Source of the DNA: an uncultured Candidatus Saccharibacteria bacterium
GTDB taxonomy: Bacteria > Patescibacteriota > Minisyncoccia > Minisyncoccales > UBA5738
Reading direction: 5' to 3'
Assembly (NCBI GenBank): GCA_964470995.1
Contig: CAYYEP010000003.1
Location: 16,682-80,681, forward strand
Length of the DNA: 64,000 nucleotides
Shown here in pieces: positions 60,324-64,000 of the stretch (positions are counted from its first letter, which is position 1; each line of letters starts with the position of its first letter). Both the position numbers and the translations under genes were made by a program. The notes beneath the pieces are model-generated. The model had not been told where the DNA came from. It saw only the letters and a list, made by a program, of their open reading frames with translations, and did no database searches.

Positions 60324-62204
60324 ATGGAAAGGGAAAAAAACAATCTGATTTATATTGGCGAAGTAACCTGGCGCGGCAAGAATACCAAATTCGGCATCAA
60401 GCCTGATGACCGCCGCCGCCACATGTATCTGGTTGGGAAGACCGGGATGGGCAAATCAAATCTGCTGGAAAATATGGCTATCCAGGACATTCAGGCTGGC
60501 CGGGGAGTGGCCTTTATCGATCCGCACGGCGAAGCTGCGGAAAAGATTTTGGATTACGTTCCTTCTTGGCGCGTCAACGACGTTATCTACTTTAATCCGG
60601 GTGACGTAGGCTATCCCACAGCTTTTAATGTAATGGAGATCTCCAATCCTGAACAGCGCAACCTGATTACCGCGGGCTTGATGGCGGTTTTTAAAAAGAT
60701 ATGGCCCGACGTGTGGTCGGCCCGCATGGAATACATTTTAAATAACACCATTTTAGCACTCCTGGAATATCCCAACGCCACGCTTTTGGCGATCAATCGC
60801 ATGTTCTCCGACCCGGGTTTCCGCGCCAAGGTGGTGGAAAGGGTAACCGATCCTATCATTAAGTCTTTCTGGCTGACCGAGTACGCCAACTATGATCCCA
60901 AATACGAGCGCGAATCCACTGCCGCTATCCAGAACAAGATCGGCCAGTTTATCGCCAATCCTCTGATGCGCAATATCCTGGGCCAGGTAAAATCCAGCGT
61001 CGATATGCGCAAGATTATGGACGAAAAAAAGATATTGATCGTCAATATTTCCAAAGGTATGGTGGGCGAGGACAGTTCCCGGCTTTTTGGCGCGATGCTG
61101 ATTACCAAACTGCAGCTTGCCGCTATGTCGCGCCAGGATATATCCGAACAGGAGCGCGAAGATTTCTACCTTTATGTTGATGAGTTTCAAAATTTTGCTA
61201 CCGAGTCTTTTGCCAACATTTTGTCCGAGGCGCGCAAATACCGCTTAAACCTCGTATTGGCCAACCAGTACCTGGGACAACTTGAGGAGATGGGTGCCGC
61301 CGGTAAAAGCACCAAAGTCAAAGATGCGGTTTTCGGCAATGTGGGCACTATGATCGTTTTTCGCGTCGGCGCTGAAGATGCAGAGTTCTTGGAACCGGAA
61401 TTCGCTCCCGATATTTTAATCGAAGACTTTGTGAATCTGGGTAAATACCACGTTTATTTGAAGCTGATGATTGATGGCATCACCAGCGCGCCTTTTTCGG
61501 CAAAGACGCTGCCGCCCATTGAAAAACTGGCGGTTTCTGAACGGGAAAAAATCATCAATGTTTCCCGCGAGCGTTACAGCGTGCCGCGCGCGATAATTGA
61601 AGAAAAGATCGCCAAATGGACCGGCGAAATGAGCGAATCGACCGCTAAGAACCCGCCCGCCAATAACGGACAGAACGCATCCAAAATGCACGAGATAACC
61701 TGCTCGATGTGCGGCAAAAAGACCAAAGTGATCTTCGAACCCGAACCGGGCCGCAAGGTTTATTGCAAGCCGTGCTTAAAGAAGCTTCAGGAAGCCAATA
61801 GTTCGCGCTCGGAAAACAGAGCGCCGGATAGCGGCGCGGCTTCCGGCGTTTCGGGGCCGGCGACATCCGGCTTACCGGCAAGCAACGGCGCGGGGAATAA
61901 CTCATCCACCCGTCCGCCCGCGGCTTCCCGCTACAATTTACGGCCGGAATCAGCGGCGCCGTCGGCGGTAAATCCGATGCCGCGACCTTCGGTGCCGTCC
62001 GTCAAGACTCCTTCTGCAGCACCTTCGCGGCCGCAATTTTCTCTCAATGACTTGGCGCGCGCCCAGCCGCAAAAATTTGACGTGCCGCGGCGGTCCGAAC
62101 CTCTTCGGGCCAAAAAGGAAGTCCATATGGATGAGCTTAAAAAAGCGTTGAGCGACGCCCTGGGGATCTCCGGACAAGCCGGCGGCAAAAAAAACGACAA
62201 ATAA
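60324..62204 (+). CDS. VirD4/TrwB/HerA-like ATPase with CxxC-x17-CxxC domain
   Basis: RRRHMYLVGKTGMGKS, IDPHG, YVDEFQNF, SEARKY, ANQY; CSMC..CKPC. Confidence 0.85.
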   Translation: MEREKNNLIYIGEVTWRGKNTKFGIKPDDRRRHMYLVGKTGMGKSNLLENMAIQDIQAGRGVAFIDPHGEAAEKILDYVPSWRVNDVIYFNPGDVGYPTAFNVMEISNPEQRNLITAGLMAVFKKIWPDVWSARMEYILNNTILALLEYPNATLLAINRMFSDPGFRAKVVERVTDPIIKSFWLTEYANYDPKYERESTAAIQNKIGQFIANPLMRNILGQVKSSVDMRKIMDEKKILIVNISKGMVGEDSSRLFGAMLITKLQLAAMSRQDISEQEREDFYLYVDEFQNFATESFANILSEARKYRLNLVLANQYLGQLEEMGAAGKSTKVKDAVFGNVGTMIVFRVGAEDAEFLEPEFAPDILIEDFVNLGKYHVYLKLMIDGITSAPFSAKTLPPIEKLAVSEREKIINVSRERYSVPRAIIEEKIAKWTGEMSESTAKNPPANNGQNASKMHEITCSMCGKKTKVIFEPEPGRKVYCKPCLKKLQEANSSRSENRAPDSGAASGVSGPATSGLPASNGAGNNSSTRPPAASRYNLRPESAAPSAVNPMPRPSVPSVKTPSAAPSRPQFSLNDLARAQPQKFDVPRRSEPLRAKKEVHMDELKKALSDALGISGQAGGKKNDK

Positions 62205-62213
62205 TTTCTTCAT

Positions 62214-63440
62214 ATGAAACTTCTAAAAGACGGTATTTTTACCAATAAACGGGTGTTGGTGCGCTGCGATTTCAATGTGGCGATCGACGATAACGGCAAG
62301 ATTGTCGATGACTTCCGCATTATCAAAGCCTTGCCCACGATCAAGTACCTGATTAAAAGCGGGGCGATTGTCGTTTTGATAAGCCACCTGGAGAAGAAAG
62401 GTAAAATTTTAAGCCTCGAAGAGGTTGCTTACCACCTGGGAAGACTATTGTCGGAAAACATTACTTTTTTGGATGACTGTGTTGGCGATCACGTCAAGGA
62501 TACCATTCGCAAAGGAAAGCCCGGCGATATTTTTTTACTTGAGAATTTGCGCTTCCATAAAGAAGAGAAAATGAATGAGGATGATTTTGCGCAAAAGCTC
62601 GCTAAACTTGGGGATTTTTACGTTAACGAAGCGTTTTCGTGCTCGCACCGGGCGCATGCCTCAATCGCCTCGCTTCCCAAATATCTGCCGTCCTATGCCG
62701 GCCTTCTGCTCGAAGAAGAGACGGCCAATCTTAGCCGTATAATCAAGAATCCGGCTCATCCATTCGTGGTAATTATTGGCGGCTCGAAAGTGGAAACGAA
62801 AAGCAAGATGATAGTTAATATTTCCAAGATCGCCGACCACGTCCTCATTGGTTCAAAGATTGGTGAAGATATTTTGATACAAAAACAGCAGTTAATGGGC
62901 CGCCGGGAAGTTAAGCGCGACCCGGCCGTTGACGCGATCGATCTGACCAGTCCCCGGATTCATATGCCTATTGATGGCGTTCTGGCCCTGCGCGACCTTT
63001 CCGAAGGCTATTCGCGCCGCGCCGCAATCGGCAAGATGCGCGGCGAAGAGGATATCTATGATATCGGGCCGGAAACCGTTAAATTCTTTGCCGACATTAT
63101 CAAGGATGCCCGAACGATTTTTTTCAACGGTCCGGTCGGATTATTCGAGCGGCAGGAATTTTCTATCGGCACCAAATCCTTGCTGGAAGCGATCTCGCGC
63201 GCCCATAACGCTTACCGCGTTGCAGGCGGCGGGGAAACTATTGAGGCCATTCACAAGTTTAGTGCCGAAAAGATATTTAATTTCATTTCCACCGGCGGCG
63301 GAGCGATGCTGGATTATCTTTCGGGCAACGTTTTGCCCGGTATTTCCGCTTTGGAGCGCAGCGTTCGCGCCGCCGCTCCGGTTAAGGCGGCCGCCGTGCC
63401 TTCCCCGATTCCATTGCCGGATCATAATCTTAAAAAATGA
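62214..63440 (+). CDS. pgk: Phosphoglycerate kinase
   Basis: RCDFNV, SHL, LLENLRF, HRAHAS, DIGP, STGGGA. Confidence 0.95.
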   Translation: MKLLKDGIFTNKRVLVRCDFNVAIDDNGKIVDDFRIIKALPTIKYLIKSGAIVVLISHLEKKGKILSLEEVAYHLGRLLSENITFLDDCVGDHVKDTIRKGKPGDIFLLENLRFHKEEKMNEDDFAQKLAKLGDFYVNEAFSCSHRAHASIASLPKYLPSYAGLLLEEETANLSRIIKNPAHPFVVIIGGSKVETKSKMIVNISKIADHVLIGSKIGEDILIQKQQLMGRREVKRDPAVDAIDLTSPRIHMPIDGVLALRDLSEGYSRRAAIGKMRGEEDIYDIGPETVKFFADIIKDARTIFFNGPVGLFERQEFSIGTKSLLEAISRAHNAYRVAGGGETIEAIHKFSAEKIFNFISTGGGAMLDYLSGNVLPGISALERSVRAAAPVKAAAVPSPIPLPDHNLKK

Positions 63441-63496
63441 AACGCTTCCAATAGCTTAAAATTAGTTCGGGTGAATAACCTCATCTACCAAGAAAA

Positions 63497-64000
63497 ATGA
63501 CCGAAGGAAAAATAAAAAACATGGATGTAGTGGCGGAGCGCGTCCGCCGGGCGGTTAAAAATGGAGAAAAGATTATTATCTACGGCGACTCTGATCTTGA
63601 CGGCGTGTCGGCTTCAATTATGGCCGGTGAAATCGTCAAAAATCTGGGCGGACGCGTCGAGGTTTATTACTTTCCGAACCGCGAAACGGAAGGTTACGGC
63701 ATCAACCGGATTGCGTTAGGAAGACTAAAAATCCACGCTCCGGCGCTTTTGATTGCCGTTGATCTTGGCATCGGCAATTTCAGCGAGGTCAAGCTGGCTC
63801 GCGAGCTTGGTTTTTCCACGGTTATTATCGATCACCACGAAATATTGGACGGCGTACCCGAAGCCGATATTATCGTTGACCCAAAACAGCCTGGCGATAA
63901 TTATCCTTTCAAATTATTTTGCGCCGCCGGTTTGGTTTTTAAACTGGCCGAAGAAGTGTTTGGAAATGATTTTCATGGCAGTCTCCGCCAAAGTTTCGCG
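63497..64000 (+). CDS. recJ: RecJ-like DHH exonuclease, 5' part (runs off the window)
   Basis: Hand translation: IIIYGDSDLDG, PNRETEGYG, DLG, IIDHHE, CAAGLVFKL. Confidence 0.85.
   Translation, partial: MTEGKIKNMDVVAERVRRAVKNGEKIIIYGDSDLDGVSASIMAGEIVKNLGGRVEVYYFPNRETEGYGINRIALGRLKIHAPALLIAVDLGIGNFSEVKLARELGFSTVIIDHHEILDGVPEADIIVDPKQPGDNYPFKLFCAAGLVFKLAEEVFGNDFHGSLRQSFA

Overview
A 64 kb stretch of a small-genome bacterium whose gene content points to Patescibacteria/Parcubacteria (inference from the DUF5667 anti-sigma, the sigma70-r4/HARE protein, an orphan VirD4-like ATPase and CPR-type peptidoglycan-binding proteins). Essentially every credible gene is on the + strand. In order it holds nrdD, two divergent CCA/poly(A)-polymerase-like nucleotidyltransferases, nrdG, comEC, a glycosyltransferase/transporter/glycoside hydrolase trio, htrA-clpB, an ECF sigma/anti-sigma pair, an S-layer-like protein, a REP-associated tyrosine transposase (RAYT), secreted hydrolases, an ~18 kb Wzx/Wzy glycan locus, murB, hpf, secA, secDF, a VirD4/HerA-like ATPase, pgk and the start of recJ. 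The most striking signal is a RAYT/REP system. Perfect doublets of TGCAAGGTCGCACCTTGCA lie next to the RAYT, inside its reading frame, and 24 kb away. About ten diverged, co-oriented hairpins with compensated stems (AAGGTCG..CCT-loop-AGGTGCGACCTT, flanked by TGYRTTT) sit at gene boundaries and bracket accessory genes like cassettes. The clearest case is the two Zn-finger nucleotidyltransferases between nrdD and nrdG, which lack the EDxxR base-selection motif. Also present are several candidate structured RNAs, an IS200/IS605-type miniature element, and tiny Lys-rich peptides behind a 38-bp perfect palindrome. All calls come from reading the sequence by eye; no searches were run.
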